A stretch of 64,000 bases of DNA from Candidatus Shapirobacteria bacterium (lineage in GTDB: Bacteria > Patescibacteriota > Microgenomatia > UBA12405), in NCBI GenBank assembly GCA_030698565.1, contig JAUYJS010000008.1, positions 289,275 through 353,274 on the forward strand. The letters run 5' to 3'. Both the position numbers and the translations under genes were made by a program. Shown piece by piece: positions 1-9,589 of the stretch. The notes under the pieces are model-generated. The model saw only the letters and a program-made list of their open reading frames with translations. It made no database searches and was not told the origin of the DNA. Position 1 is the stretch's first letter. Every line of letters starts with the position of its first letter.

Positions 1-101
1 AACTATTATCTGGTTTATATCAAGAGGAATAGTCTTTCCTGTACCTTTAATAAATTTGGCTAAATCAGCCTTTGATTTAGTATTTTTTATACACTAACAA
101 C

Positions 102-2216
102 ATGTTTGCCGATCTTAAATTTATTATATTTTGGTGGCTAAACATTTTCTTTTTAAGTACATTATCTTGGCCATTCGTATTCACATTTTTCAATAAACTT
201 TGGGACAAAGGCTATGTTTTTAGCAAAATTATATCCATTTCTATCTTAACTTACGTTTTATTTGTTTTTGGAATTTTAAAAGTCCTGCCTTTTACCACCT
301 CATCTATCTGCTTACTTATATTTGCCTTTATTATTTTTGACTTTTGGCTTCTCAAGAAACAAGGATTTGAAAAATTTTTATCAATTTTAAAACAAAAATA
401 TCCGGTTTTTATTTTCGAAGAAATATTATTTTTATTGATTTTAGTAGCTTGGTCGTTTGTCAGGGGATTTGCACCCGACATTGAAGGTTTGGAAAAATTT
501 ATGGACTGGGGATTTGTTAACTCTATACTTCGAAGTACTTACATGCCGCCAATCGATATATGGTTTGCTGGGCAACCAATTAATTATTATTATTTTGGTC
601 AACTAATATTCGCTTTTATTACCAAAATGTCCGGTATTTCTTCTGCTATTACTTACAATCTTTCTATTGCCACAGTTTGCGCCTTAACTTTTGTCAGCTC
701 GTTTTCTATTTCATCAAATTTAGTTTACTTAACTTTAAAAAAGATCAATTGGCGTTTTGTCCTAACAGCTGGTCTAGTCTCGTCTTTATTATTAACCTTT
801 GGTGGCAATCTTCATCCTTTATATAAGATATCCAAAATAAATTACCAGCAAAACAATAATCATTTTGATTTGAATTATTCTGCCATCAACAAGGCTATTG
901 AGTCTTACTGGTATCCCGATGCTACCAGATTTATTGGTTTTGATCCCGATATCAAAGACAAAACTATCCATGAATTCCCAGTTTACAGTTTTGTTGTTGC
1001 CGATCTTCATGGCCACATGAACGATATTCCTATTGTTCTTTTGTTTATCGCCTTTATTTTTACTTGGGGTTTGGGATTAAAAAATAAAAATAATAAAAAT
1101 TTCTATTGGGATTTAATTATTCCATCGGCATTTATTTTCAGTCTAAATTTTATGACGAACGCCTGGGATTTTGCCGTCTACGGAATTCTATTTGCTGTTT
1201 TCCTTTTTCTGTCATTACTTAAGGAAAACAATTTAACCGTAGCTTTTTCCAAAACAGTTTTCAATGGAGCCTTAACTATTATTTTATGGTATTTATTTAC
1301 CTTACCTTTTTCTTTAAATTTTGTTCCCATGGCTCAAGGTATTCGTCTATCCGATAGTCATTCACCCTTTTATCAGCTCTTTATTTTATATGGCGGTTTC
1401 TGGTTAATCTGTTTACCTTTTGTACTTTATATAATTTATACAGTTTTTCAAAAAAATAAATCAAAAAAAACAGCCATTACTGGCTCTGATATTTTAGTTA
1501 TTTCTCTGGTCATAACCGCTACTCTTTTAGTTATTTTTCCCGAATTATTTTATATAAAAGATATTTATATTTACGAACATCGCCGTGCCAACACTATGTT
1601 TAAATTAGTCTACGAAGCTTTTATTATGTATTCTTTAGTTTCTGGGTATATTCTCATTAGATTAGCCAAGTCATCCTTTTATAAATTAATTTTTGTAGTT
1701 GTTTTAGCCATTCATCTTTCTTATCCATATTTTGCTATTAAATCTTATTACGGACTAAAAGATTACAAAGGCTTGTGGGGTCTAAATTTTCTCAAAACAA
1801 CTTACCCCGATAATTTAAAGGCGATTGAATGGATCAATGAAAATATAAAAGGTCAGCCAGTTATATTAGAAGCAGCTGGTGATAGTTATACAACTTTTAA
1901 CCAAGTTTCTTCTGCTACCGGATTACCGACTGTACAAGGATGGATTGTCCACGAATGGTTGTGGCGGGGAAGTTATGATTTGCCAGCTGCTCGCCAAACC
2001 GATGTCCAAAAAGTTTATAATTTATTAAGTCAAAAGAATCCTAAAAAACCAGAAATAGATGAAGCAATTTCTATTTTACAAAAATATAATGTTAAATATA
2101 TTTTTGTTGGAGACAAAGAATATGAAAAGTTCCCCGATATACAGCAAAACAATTTTTTTTTAATAAATAGCAAATTAGTTGTAGCTTTTGGTAAAACAAA
2201 AATTTATAGTTTTTAA
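102..2216 (+). CDS. Large polytopic membrane protein (many TM helices, C-terminal soluble domain); possibly a GT-C-type (ArnT/PMT-like) glycosyltransferase
   Basis: 704-aa ORF with more than 10 hydrophobic segments followed by a roughly 170-aa hydrophilic tail. No recognised catalytic motif; the family call is inference. Confidence 0.5.
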   Translation: MFADLKFIIFWWLNIFFLSTLSWPFVFTFFNKLWDKGYVFSKIISISILTYVLFVFGILKVLPFTTSSICLLIFAFIIFDFWLLKKQGFEKFLSILKQKYPVFIFEEILFLLILVAWSFVRGFAPDIEGLEKFMDWGFVNSILRSTYMPPIDIWFAGQPINYYYFGQLIFAFITKMSGISSAITYNLSIATVCALTFVSSFSISSNLVYLTLKKINWRFVLTAGLVSSLLLTFGGNLHPLYKISKINYQQNNNHFDLNYSAINKAIESYWYPDATRFIGFDPDIKDKTIHEFPVYSFVVADLHGHMNDIPIVLLFIAFIFTWGLGLKNKNNKNFYWDLIIPSAFIFSLNFMTNAWDFAVYGILFAVFLFLSLLKENNLTVAFSKTVFNGALTIILWYLFTLPFSLNFVPMAQGIRLSDSHSPFYQLFILYGGFWLICLPFVLYIIYTVFQKNKSKKTAITGSDILVISLVITATLLVIFPELFYIKDIYIYEHRRANTMFKLVYEAFIMYSLVSGYILIRLAKSSFYKLIFVVVLAIHLSYPYFAIKSYYGLKDYKGLWGLNFLKTTYPDNLKAIEWINENIKGQPVILEAAGDSYTTFNQVSSATGLPTVQGWIVHEWLWRGSYDLPAARQTDVQKVYNLLSQKNPKKPEIDEAISILQKYNVKYIFVGDKEYEKFPDIQQNNFFLINSKLVVAFGKTKIYSF

Positions 2217-2230
2217 TATTTAATTTACTC

Positions 2231-4135
2231 ATGAACGACATCCTCAATGGACTTAATCCCAAACAAAAAGAAGCCGTCACTCACATAGGCACTCCCCTTT
2301 TACTTTTAGCCGGAGCCGGTTCGGGCAAAACTCGGGTATTAACTCACCGGGCAGCCTATTTCATTAAAAACGGATTAGCCAAATCGGGAGAAGTTTTACT
2401 TTTAACTTTTACCAACAAGGCCGCCAGCGAAATGAAAGACAGGATGGAAAAACTTTTGGATCAAAAAATAACCAAAAACGACAAGAATAATCAAAACATA
2501 TTTGCGGGTACTTTTCATTCTTTTTGCTGCAAAACATTGAGAACCGATGGTGGATTTTTAGATATTCCTTCTAATTTTTCTATTTACGATACTGATGATC
2601 AGGAAAATTTAATCAAAATAATTTTACATGAAATGGATTTAACTCCAAAAGAATTTAAGCCAAGTAGTGTTCTTTATTTTATTGAAGCCGCCAAAAATAG
2701 TTTCCAAACACCCAAAGAGATGGAACCTCAAAGTAGCGGTTTTTGGCAATCAACTGCTGTCAAAATTTATCACCGCTATGAACAAAAAATAAAAGAATTT
2801 CATTCGTTAGATTTTAATGATCTTTTGTTTAAAACCGTCGAGCTTTTTATTAAAGAACCAGCCGTCTTGGAAAAATATCAGGAAATCTACAAACATATTC
2901 TTATTGATGAATATCAGGACACCAATCAAATTCAATACCTTTTAACCAAACTTTTAGCTAAAAAATACCAACAAATTACTGCTGTCGGCGATGCCTCTCA
3001 GGCAATTTATGGTTGGCGTGGGGCTGACTTTCGCAACCTAATTAGTTTTACCAAGGATTTTAATGGCTCTAAAACCATAAATTTAGAGGAAAATTATCGT
3101 TCCACTCAAATAATTTTAGATGCCGCCAACGCCGTTATTTCCAAAAATAATTCACATCCGGTTTTAAAGCTTTTTACAAAAAAAATGTCAACAGACAAAA
3201 TCATAATAATGGAAGCCGAATCGGAAGTAGCCGAGGCGGATTTTGTAGCCGAAAAAATTAAATTTATTTACGATAATTTAAAGGTTCCTCTTAAAAATAT
3301 TGCTATCCTTTATCGCATGAATGCCCAATCCCGTGCGCTGGAAGAAGCCATGTTGCGCCAGGGAATTCCATATGTTCTACTGGGCGGCACCAGATTTTAT
3401 GAGCGGGCGGAAATCAAAGATATTTTGGCCATGCTCCGCTTTACCAACGACCAGGCCGACAAGATTTCCGAAGATAGGGTCGAAAAAGCTTTGGGTAAAA
3501 GAAAAAAAGTCACTTTTGATAATTTGATAACTACCTTAAACATCAAAGAATTAAGCTCGTTAGAAATTTTGGAATCAATAGTTGTTGATTCTGGATATTT
3601 AGACAAGTACGACCCCAAAGACGAAGAAGATCAAAAGCGAATCGAAAACATTAAAGAACTAAAATCAGTCGCCGCCTCGCATCCGGATTTAATTGAGTTT
3701 TTGGAAAACATAACTCTAGTTCAGCACGAATATTCTCTCCAGGAGAAAAATAAAAAGAAAGAAAACAAAGAAGGTGTCAGATTAATGACTCTTCATGGTT
3801 CCAAAGGCCTAGAATTTGACGCGGTCTTTTTGGTGGGTTTTGAAGAAGGAATTTTGCCCCATTCTCGGTGTTTTGTAAATGAATCCGAAGTCGAAGAAGA
3901 AAGAAGATTGTGTTATGTTGGTATCACCCGAGCCAGGGATTTACTTTATATTACCTATGCCAGTCGTCGTCTTTATTTTGGCAAAAGTAGTCTCAATGAA
4001 CCAAGTCGATTTTTAGTCGAAATACCCGCCCAATTGGTTGAATACGAAGAATATAAAAGTAGTGTTCGGGATTATCGCCATAAACCCAAAAACAACGAAG
4101 CGGATGATTTTATATATGATGCTGATATATACTAA
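2231..4135 (+). CDS. pcrA: ATP-dependent DNA helicase PcrA/UvrD (SF1)
   Basis: Walker A GAGSGKTRVLTHR, helicase motif DEYQDTN, the LHGSKGLEFD and YVGITRA motifs, and typical length. Confidence 0.9.
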   Translation: MNDILNGLNPKQKEAVTHIGTPLLLLAGAGSGKTRVLTHRAAYFIKNGLAKSGEVLLLTFTNKAASEMKDRMEKLLDQKITKNDKNNQNIFAGTFHSFCCKTLRTDGGFLDIPSNFSIYDTDDQENLIKIILHEMDLTPKEFKPSSVLYFIEAAKNSFQTPKEMEPQSSGFWQSTAVKIYHRYEQKIKEFHSLDFNDLLFKTVELFIKEPAVLEKYQEIYKHILIDEYQDTNQIQYLLTKLLAKKYQQITAVGDASQAIYGWRGADFRNLISFTKDFNGSKTINLEENYRSTQIILDAANAVISKNNSHPVLKLFTKKMSTDKIIIMEAESEVAEADFVAEKIKFIYDNLKVPLKNIAILYRMNAQSRALEEAMLRQGIPYVLLGGTRFYERAEIKDILAMLRFTNDQADKISEDRVEKALGKRKKVTFDNLITTLNIKELSSLEILESIVVDSGYLDKYDPKDEEDQKRIENIKELKSVAASHPDLIEFLENITLVQHEYSLQEKNKKKENKEGVRLMTLHGSKGLEFDAVFLVGFEEGILPHSRCFVNESEVEEERRLCYVGITRARDLLYITYASRRLYFGKSSLNEPSRFLVEIPAQLVEYEEYKSSVRDYRHKPKNNEADDFIYDADIY

Positions 4136-4139
4136 GTGA

Positions 4140-5180
4140 ATGATTACCCGTATTCTCGATAAAAAAGAGAAAGCTATTTATAATTCAGCCATAAAACACC
4201 CCATCCAAACTTGGGAATGGGGCGATTTTCAAATTTCCCAGGGCCATCAAATTTATCGTCTAGGTGTTTTTGATGATAAAAAAATAAAGTCAGCATACAG
4301 CGTAAGTTTTCATAAAATCCCCAAAACTAATTATTCGATTGGTACTATTCTTCGCGGTCCATCGGTCGATATCGATATGATTGAAAGTATCAAAAAAATT
4401 GCTAATGATCAAAAAGCAGTTTTTGTAAAATTTGAACCGGATGTATATCAAAAAACATATGATGAATTTAAAAACCCCACACTTTTGCAGACAGACATGC
4501 AGTTTCCCAAAATGGTAGTTTCTCCTAAGGTTGCTTTTTATCCATTCTCATACATTGTTAATTTAAATAAAACCGAAGAGGAGTTACTTTCTGCCATGCA
4601 CTCAAAGACTCGTTACAATATCAAAATCGCCAATCGTTATGGAGTTAAAGTTGAGGAAAGAACCGATGACGAAGGTTTTGAAATTTATCTTAAATTGATT
4701 TTTGATACAACCAAGCGCCAAGGTTTTTATCTTCATACCCCAAAGTATCATCGAGATTTATGGAAAACTCTAAAAAATACCGGCATGGTTCATATTATTT
4801 TAGCCTCTTACCAAAATCAAGTTATCTCCGCTTTTATGTTGTTTACTCTAAATGGCAAACTTTTTTATCCTTATGGTGCGTCATTAGATGTTTATCGCGA
4901 AGTCATGGCCCCTACACTTTTAATGTGGGAATCAATCAAATTTGGCAAAAGTCATGACTGTCACACTTTTGATATGTGGGGTTCTCTCGGACCTGATGCC
5001 AAAGAAGGGGATCCAGGCTTCGGTTTCCATCGGTTTAAACAAGGTTACGGTGGTCAAATGGTTCAATTTGTCGGTACTTATGATTTGGTCATCAATGAAT
5101 CCTTATACAAAATTTACAACACAGCCGATAAATATCGCTGGCAACTCTTGCGTCTCAAAGCCAAATTACTCCGAAGATAA
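4140..5180 (+). CDS. FemAB-family aminoacyl-tRNA-dependent aminoacyltransferase (peptidoglycan interpeptide bridge formation-like)
   Basis: Length about 346 aa and overall FemAB/FemX-like resemblance, recalled from memory. The position next to gatCAB fits an aa-tRNA-using enzyme. Confidence 0.5.
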   Translation: MITRILDKKEKAIYNSAIKHPIQTWEWGDFQISQGHQIYRLGVFDDKKIKSAYSVSFHKIPKTNYSIGTILRGPSVDIDMIESIKKIANDQKAVFVKFEPDVYQKTYDEFKNPTLLQTDMQFPKMVVSPKVAFYPFSYIVNLNKTEEELLSAMHSKTRYNIKIANRYGVKVEERTDDEGFEIYLKLIFDTTKRQGFYLHTPKYHRDLWKTLKNTGMVHIILASYQNQVISAFMLFTLNGKLFYPYGASLDVYREVMAPTLLMWESIKFGKSHDCHTFDMWGSLGPDAKEGDPGFGFHRFKQGYGGQMVQFVGTYDLVINESLYKIYNTADKYRWQLLRLKAKLLRR

Positions 5181-5206
5181 ATTAAAAAATACATTAAAAT
5201 ATACCC

Positions 5207-5512
5207 ATGTCAAACAATGGAAAAATTACTTTAGAAGAACTGCAGCACATTGCCCAGCTTTCTCGTCTAGAAGTGAACGGTGAAGAAGAACAAAAACTAG
5301 CTGATCAACTTTCCCAAACAGCCGAATATATTGATGTTTTAAATGAATTAAATACCGACGATGTTTTGCCCACTGCCCAAGTAAATCAAAATAAAAGTAT
5401 TTTTCGAGAAGACGTAATTAATCCTTCGTTTACCCAAAAAGAAGCCTTGTCTCAAGCCATCGACACTTACGACGGTTATTTTAAAACCAAAGCTACTATC
5501 AATAAAAAATAA
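5207..5512 (+). CDS. gatC: Asp/Glu-tRNA amidotransferase subunit C
   Basis: 101-aa protein starting LEELQHIAQLSRLEV, a typical GatC N-terminus. It lies immediately upstream of gatA. Confidence 0.85.
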   Translation: MSNNGKITLEELQHIAQLSRLEVNGEEEQKLADQLSQTAEYIDVLNELNTDDVLPTAQVNQNKSIFREDVINPSFTQKEALSQAIDTYDGYFKTKATINKK

Positions 5513-5513
5513 T

Positions 5514-6950
5514 ATGTCAGACCTAAACAAATTAACATTAACTCAAGCCATAGATGGTATTAAAACTAAAAAATTTTCTGCCAAAGAATTAGTTTCCGAT
5601 TGTCTAACTCAAATTCAAAAGCTCGAACCAACTTTAAATTCTTTTGTTACTTTAAATGAAAATGCCCTCAACGAATCTGAAAATATTAATTTTTCAAAAC
5701 CCTTAGCTGGTATTCCAATTGCTGTTAAGGATAACTTTTGTACTCAAGATTTGCGAACCACAGCCTCTTCAAAATTATTAGAAAATTTTATTCCCCAGTA
5801 TTCTGCCTATGTTGTGGAAAAATTAAAAGATGCTGGCGCCATTATTATTGGCAAAACCAACATGGACTCCTGGGCTCATGGTTCTTCCACTGAAACTTCT
5901 GATTTTGGACCAAGCAAAAATCCTTGGAACCCCAAACATTTACCTGGTGGATCTTCGGGCGGATCAGCCGCAACCATGGCTGCCGACGAGGCCATCGTCT
6001 CCATTGGTTCTGAAACTGCCGGCTCAATTCGTCAGCCTTCTGCTTGGTGTGGTGTTGTTGGTCTAAAACCAACTTATGGTCGGGTTAGTCGTTGTGGAGT
6101 TGTTGCCATGGGTTCATCAATGGATTCTCCTGGCCCTATTGCTAAAACCGTCGACGACGCCGCTCTAATTCTATCTTTAATTTCTGGCCACGATCCAGCA
6201 GACGCTACTAGTTTAAATAAAAAACCTTGGCAAATACCCGAAGCTTTAACATCACTAAAAGGCCTAAAAATAGGTTTACCCAAAGCTTATTTTCCAAAAA
6301 AAATTAAGCCAGAAGTCAAACAATCAATTTTAAATGCTGCTGAAAAATTGAAGGAATTGGGCGCCGAAATAATTGAATTGGACGTAATGGATCCAAAATA
6401 CGCCATTGCCGTTTATACTATTTTGCAGCGTTCCGAAGTGTCTTCAAATTTAGGCCGATATACCGGCATTCGTTATGGTCATGACCGCACTTTTTTTGGT
6501 GACGAAGCCAAACGGCGCATTATGCTGGGCACCTACGCTCTTTCCAGTGGTTACTATGATGCTTATTATCTCAAAGCCCAAAAAGTCAGAACATTAATTA
6601 TTCAAGATTTTGAAAAACAATTTCAAAAAGTTGATGCTATTATTGGCCCGACTTCTCCTACAACTGCACTCCCTATTGGTGCTTCGGCCGGCCAAGCCAT
6701 GTTCGGTGAACTCGAGGACATATTGGTTGAACCATCAACCTTAGCTGGTTTACCCGGAATTTCCGTCCCTTGCGGTTTTGCAGATGGATTACCAATTGGT
6801 CTCCAAATAATTACTCCGCAACTTAGGGAAGATTTGTCGGTCAACATCGCCAGGCTTTTTGAATCCAACACTGATTATCATTTGCAAAAACCAAATTTAA
6901 ATTGTCATCCTGAGCAGAGCGAAGGATCTAGGCCGGAGGCCGTAAAATAA
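5514..6950 (+). CDS. gatA: Glutamyl-tRNA(Gln) amidotransferase subunit A (amidase family)
   Basis: Amidase signature GGSSGGSAA and the IPIAVKDNFCT motif. Operon order is gatC-gatA-gatB. Confidence 0.92.
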   Translation: MSDLNKLTLTQAIDGIKTKKFSAKELVSDCLTQIQKLEPTLNSFVTLNENALNESENINFSKPLAGIPIAVKDNFCTQDLRTTASSKLLENFIPQYSAYVVEKLKDAGAIIIGKTNMDSWAHGSSTETSDFGPSKNPWNPKHLPGGSSGGSAATMAADEAIVSIGSETAGSIRQPSAWCGVVGLKPTYGRVSRCGVVAMGSSMDSPGPIAKTVDDAALILSLISGHDPADATSLNKKPWQIPEALTSLKGLKIGLPKAYFPKKIKPEVKQSILNAAEKLKELGAEIIELDVMDPKYAIAVYTILQRSEVSSNLGRYTGIRYGHDRTFFGDEAKRRIMLGTYALSSGYYDAYYLKAQKVRTLIIQDFEKQFQKVDAIIGPTSPTTALPIGASAGQAMFGELEDILVEPSTLAGLPGISVPCGFADGLPIGLQIITPQLREDLSVNIARLFESNTDYHLQKPNLNCHPEQSEGSRPEAVK

Positions 6951-6951
6951 T

Positions 6952-8433
6952 ATGAAAATTACACCCATAATCGGTCTCGAAGTTCATGTCGAATTAAAAA
7001 CAGATTCTAAAATGTTTTGTGGTTGTAACGCCGAGCATTTTCATGCAAAGCCCAATACCCACACTTGTCCTGTTTGTTTAGGTATGCCTGGTGCCCTGCC
7101 AGTTCCCAATAAAAAAGCGTGTCAGTGGTGTGTCAAATTAGGTTTGGCTTTGGGTTGTACTGTAAATGAATATTCTTTTTTTGAAAGAAAAAATTATTTT
7201 TATCCCGATTTATCCAAAAGTTATCAGATTACTCAGTATCAAAAACCTTTTACGGTCAACGGCAAAATAACTGTTCAAGGTCAAGAAATTCGAATTAATC
7301 GGGCCCACATGGAAGAGGACACAGGCAAATCTGTTCACATGGTTATTAACGGCGAAGAATCTACTCTTTTAGATTTTAATCGTTCCGGTGTGCCATTAGT
7401 AGAAATTGTGTCTGAACCCGATATTGTTTTATCTATCCAAGCCAAAGAATATCTTTTAAAAATTCAACAACTTATCCGATATTTAGGCATTTCTAATGCT
7501 GACATCGAAAAAGGTAGTATGCGCTGTGAACCGACAGTCAACTTAAAAATTGAAGACAATGGCAAAACTTTTTATACACCCTTGTCTGAAATTAAAAATG
7601 TTGCTTCTTTGACCGGTGTCCAAAACGCCATTGATTTTGAAATCGAACGTCAAACCCAAGCTTTTAAGGAAACTAAGGAAGTCAAAAATTCCAAAAACAA
7701 AACTACTCGAGGTTGGGATGCCGACAAAGCCAGGACATTTTTACAAAGGGAAAAAGAAGGTTCGGCCGATTATCGCTATTTTCCCGAACCAGACATTCCA
7801 CCTATCGAATTCACACCTGCTGAAATTGAAGAAATTAGAATGACTTTGCCCGAAATGTCCGAACAAAAAATTGAAAAATATCAGACGATCTATGGACTCT
7901 CAGACTATGACGCCAAGCTTTTAGCCGAAGATCAAAATTTTGCCGCAGCGTATGAAGCGTTATTTGACACAGAATTTGTCAGTAAAGATCAAGACACTCT
8001 AAAAGTATTTGCCAAATTTGCCGCCAATTTATTTTTAGGATCTATCAAAACTTATCTCAACGAAACTCAGGAAAATATCGATTCATCAAAAATTGTAGCC
8101 AAATATTTTTGGGATTTGTTTAATTCAGTTCAGAATAAAGAATTATCCAGTAGCGTCGCCAAGCAAGTAACTACCGAATCATACAAGACCGGCAAACATC
8201 CGGTCGAAATTGCCAAAGAAATGGGATTAATTCAGGTTTCTGATTCTAACCAAATTGAAAAAATAGCCAAAGAGGTGGTTGTTGCTAATCCCAAAGCTGT
8301 CCAGGATTATCAAAAAAACCCAATGTCCATTGGTTTTTTGATCGGTCAATTAATGCGCGCTTCCGGTGGCTCCGCCAATCCCCAAGTAGCCAAGGAAATT
8401 TTGGAAAAATTATTGAAAAATCCAACACTATGA
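6952..8433 (+). CDS. gatB: Asp/Glu-tRNA amidotransferase subunit B
   Basis: N-terminus IGLEVHVELKTDSKMFCGC...CPVCLGMPGALPV is canonical GatB. The gene ends with TGA. Confidence 0.92.
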   Translation: MKITPIIGLEVHVELKTDSKMFCGCNAEHFHAKPNTHTCPVCLGMPGALPVPNKKACQWCVKLGLALGCTVNEYSFFERKNYFYPDLSKSYQITQYQKPFTVNGKITVQGQEIRINRAHMEEDTGKSVHMVINGEESTLLDFNRSGVPLVEIVSEPDIVLSIQAKEYLLKIQQLIRYLGISNADIEKGSMRCEPTVNLKIEDNGKTFYTPLSEIKNVASLTGVQNAIDFEIERQTQAFKETKEVKNSKNKTTRGWDADKARTFLQREKEGSADYRYFPEPDIPPIEFTPAEIEEIRMTLPEMSEQKIEKYQTIYGLSDYDAKLLAEDQNFAAAYEALFDTEFVSKDQDTLKVFAKFAANLFLGSIKTYLNETQENIDSSKIVAKYFWDLFNSVQNKELSSSVAKQVTTESYKTGKHPVEIAKEMGLIQVSDSNQIEKIAKEVVVANPKAVQDYQKNPMSIGFLIGQLMRASGGSANPQVAKEILEKLLKNPTL

Positions 8434-8963
8434 GTGTTGAAACAAGAGATCTGGTTCCCAAAGAAGTCCCATTTTCATCAGAGGTGCTTCCTACTGTCGC
8501 TTTTTTAGAAGGAATCATTGATTGTGATGGGTCTACTAATTGGGAATGGTCCGGCGTTGCCGAAAATGAATCTGAAATTAGAATTACTCACTTAAATGAA
8601 TCAACAACATTCGATCTTACATTTAAAGACGGTCAAAAAGAATCTTGGGCCTTAGAAGAGGACTGTGAGGCGAATCGTATTAAATTTTACATAAAGGAGA
8701 TTACTGCAATATCTAGATTAGGTAGTAAAAAGAAAATTTCTAGAGATTATTTTATTGACAACGGTCCTGTACTTAATTTTTTCATTAAAAGAAATTTTCC
8801 TCTGTCACAACCTATTTTAGTTGATAATATTTATTCTTGGAGTAAGCAAGGAGAGGTCGAAATGGATCAAAATTTTATCAAGGAAATTGAACAATTAATT
8901 AAATTAAGAAAATTGGTTGTAAGTGCAGTAAATAACTCCACTCGTGTTTCACTGACGGATTAA
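8430..8963 (+). CDS. Hypothetical protein (paralog of the 9056..9547 product)
   Basis: 177-aa ORF whose start overlaps the gatB stop (ATGA). It shares an NWEWSGVAENESEIRITHLNE-like segment with the next ORF (SWRWSQEANEAYQIPGITLKE). Confidence 0.5.
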   Translation: MSVETRDLVPKEVPFSSEVLPTVAFLEGIIDCDGSTNWEWSGVAENESEIRITHLNESTTFDLTFKDGQKESWALEEDCEANRIKFYIKEITAISRLGSKKKISRDYFIDNGPVLNFFIKRNFPLSQPILVDNIYSWSKQGEVEMDQNFIKEIEQLIKLRKLVVSAVNNSTRVSLTD

Positions 8964-9019
8964 TAATTTTTGTTAATTGATTTTTTACGAAGTCTAATTC
9001 TAAATAAACAACAAACCCC

Positions 9020-9050
9020 TTGACACAATAGTATGATATCGTCATACTAT
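9020..9050 (+). promoter_or_regulatory. Sigma70-like promoter (TTGACA at 9020-9025) with an overlapping 7-5-7 palindrome AGTATGA-TATCG-TCATACT (9030-9048), a candidate operator
   Basis: Read directly from the sequence. It sits 30 bp upstream of the 9056 start. The motif ccccTTGACAc is shared with the hrcA promoter. Confidence 0.4.
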
Positions 9051-9055
9051 GTAAT

Positions 9056-9547
9056 ATGTCAGCAACAATAGAATCAAGACAATCTTATCAACCAGAAGAA
9101 GACCGATCGCCAACAATAAAACCGATCAAAATATTTACTGGTCAAATACTACAAATGAGTCCAGGCGATGACGGACAATCTTGGAGATGGTCTCAAGAGG
9201 CGAATGAGGCCTATCAAATTCCTGGGATAACTTTAAAAGAATATGTGGATAATGGGTTAACTGTTACCGAAGTTAATATTACCCATCCTACAAAGATAGT
9301 GATCAACGAAACTTGGATAATACAAAACGGTTCAGATGGTGCGAGTGCTACGCTAAAAGAATTTAATAAGAATCCTGACAAACCTTTTATAACAATTTGT
9401 GGTATTCCAGTTCTTTGGAGTAACAGTGAGTACTTCCCCGCCGCTAAAGGATCAGAAATTATTGAAAATTTGAGTAGTGTTATCTTGCCTGACCAAAATT
9501 TACATATTGCTGGAATTAATGAGATTGTGACACGGAGAGTTAACTAA
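9056..9547 (+). CDS. Hypothetical protein (paralog of the 8430..8963 product)
   Basis: 163-aa ORF with its own promoter-like signal. It carries a short motif conserved with the preceding ORF. Confidence 0.5.
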   Translation: MSATIESRQSYQPEEDRSPTIKPIKIFTGQILQMSPGDDGQSWRWSQEANEAYQIPGITLKEYVDNGLTVTEVNITHPTKIVINETWIIQNGSDGASATLKEFNKNPDKPFITICGIPVLWSNSEYFPAAKGSEIIENLSSVILPDQNLHIAGINEIVTRRVN

Positions 9548-9589
9548 CTTCAATAAAGACTTTTTTTTCTATCAAATTGCTAAAATATA

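Noticed and set aside
1-101. Possible partial gene at the 5' edge (the plus frame ends at a TAA at 61-63; the minus frame is open to position 1 with the translation ...KSKADLAKFIKGTGKTIPLDINQIIV)
   Set aside because: Too short, with no start codon in the window, to call. Orientation is ambiguous.
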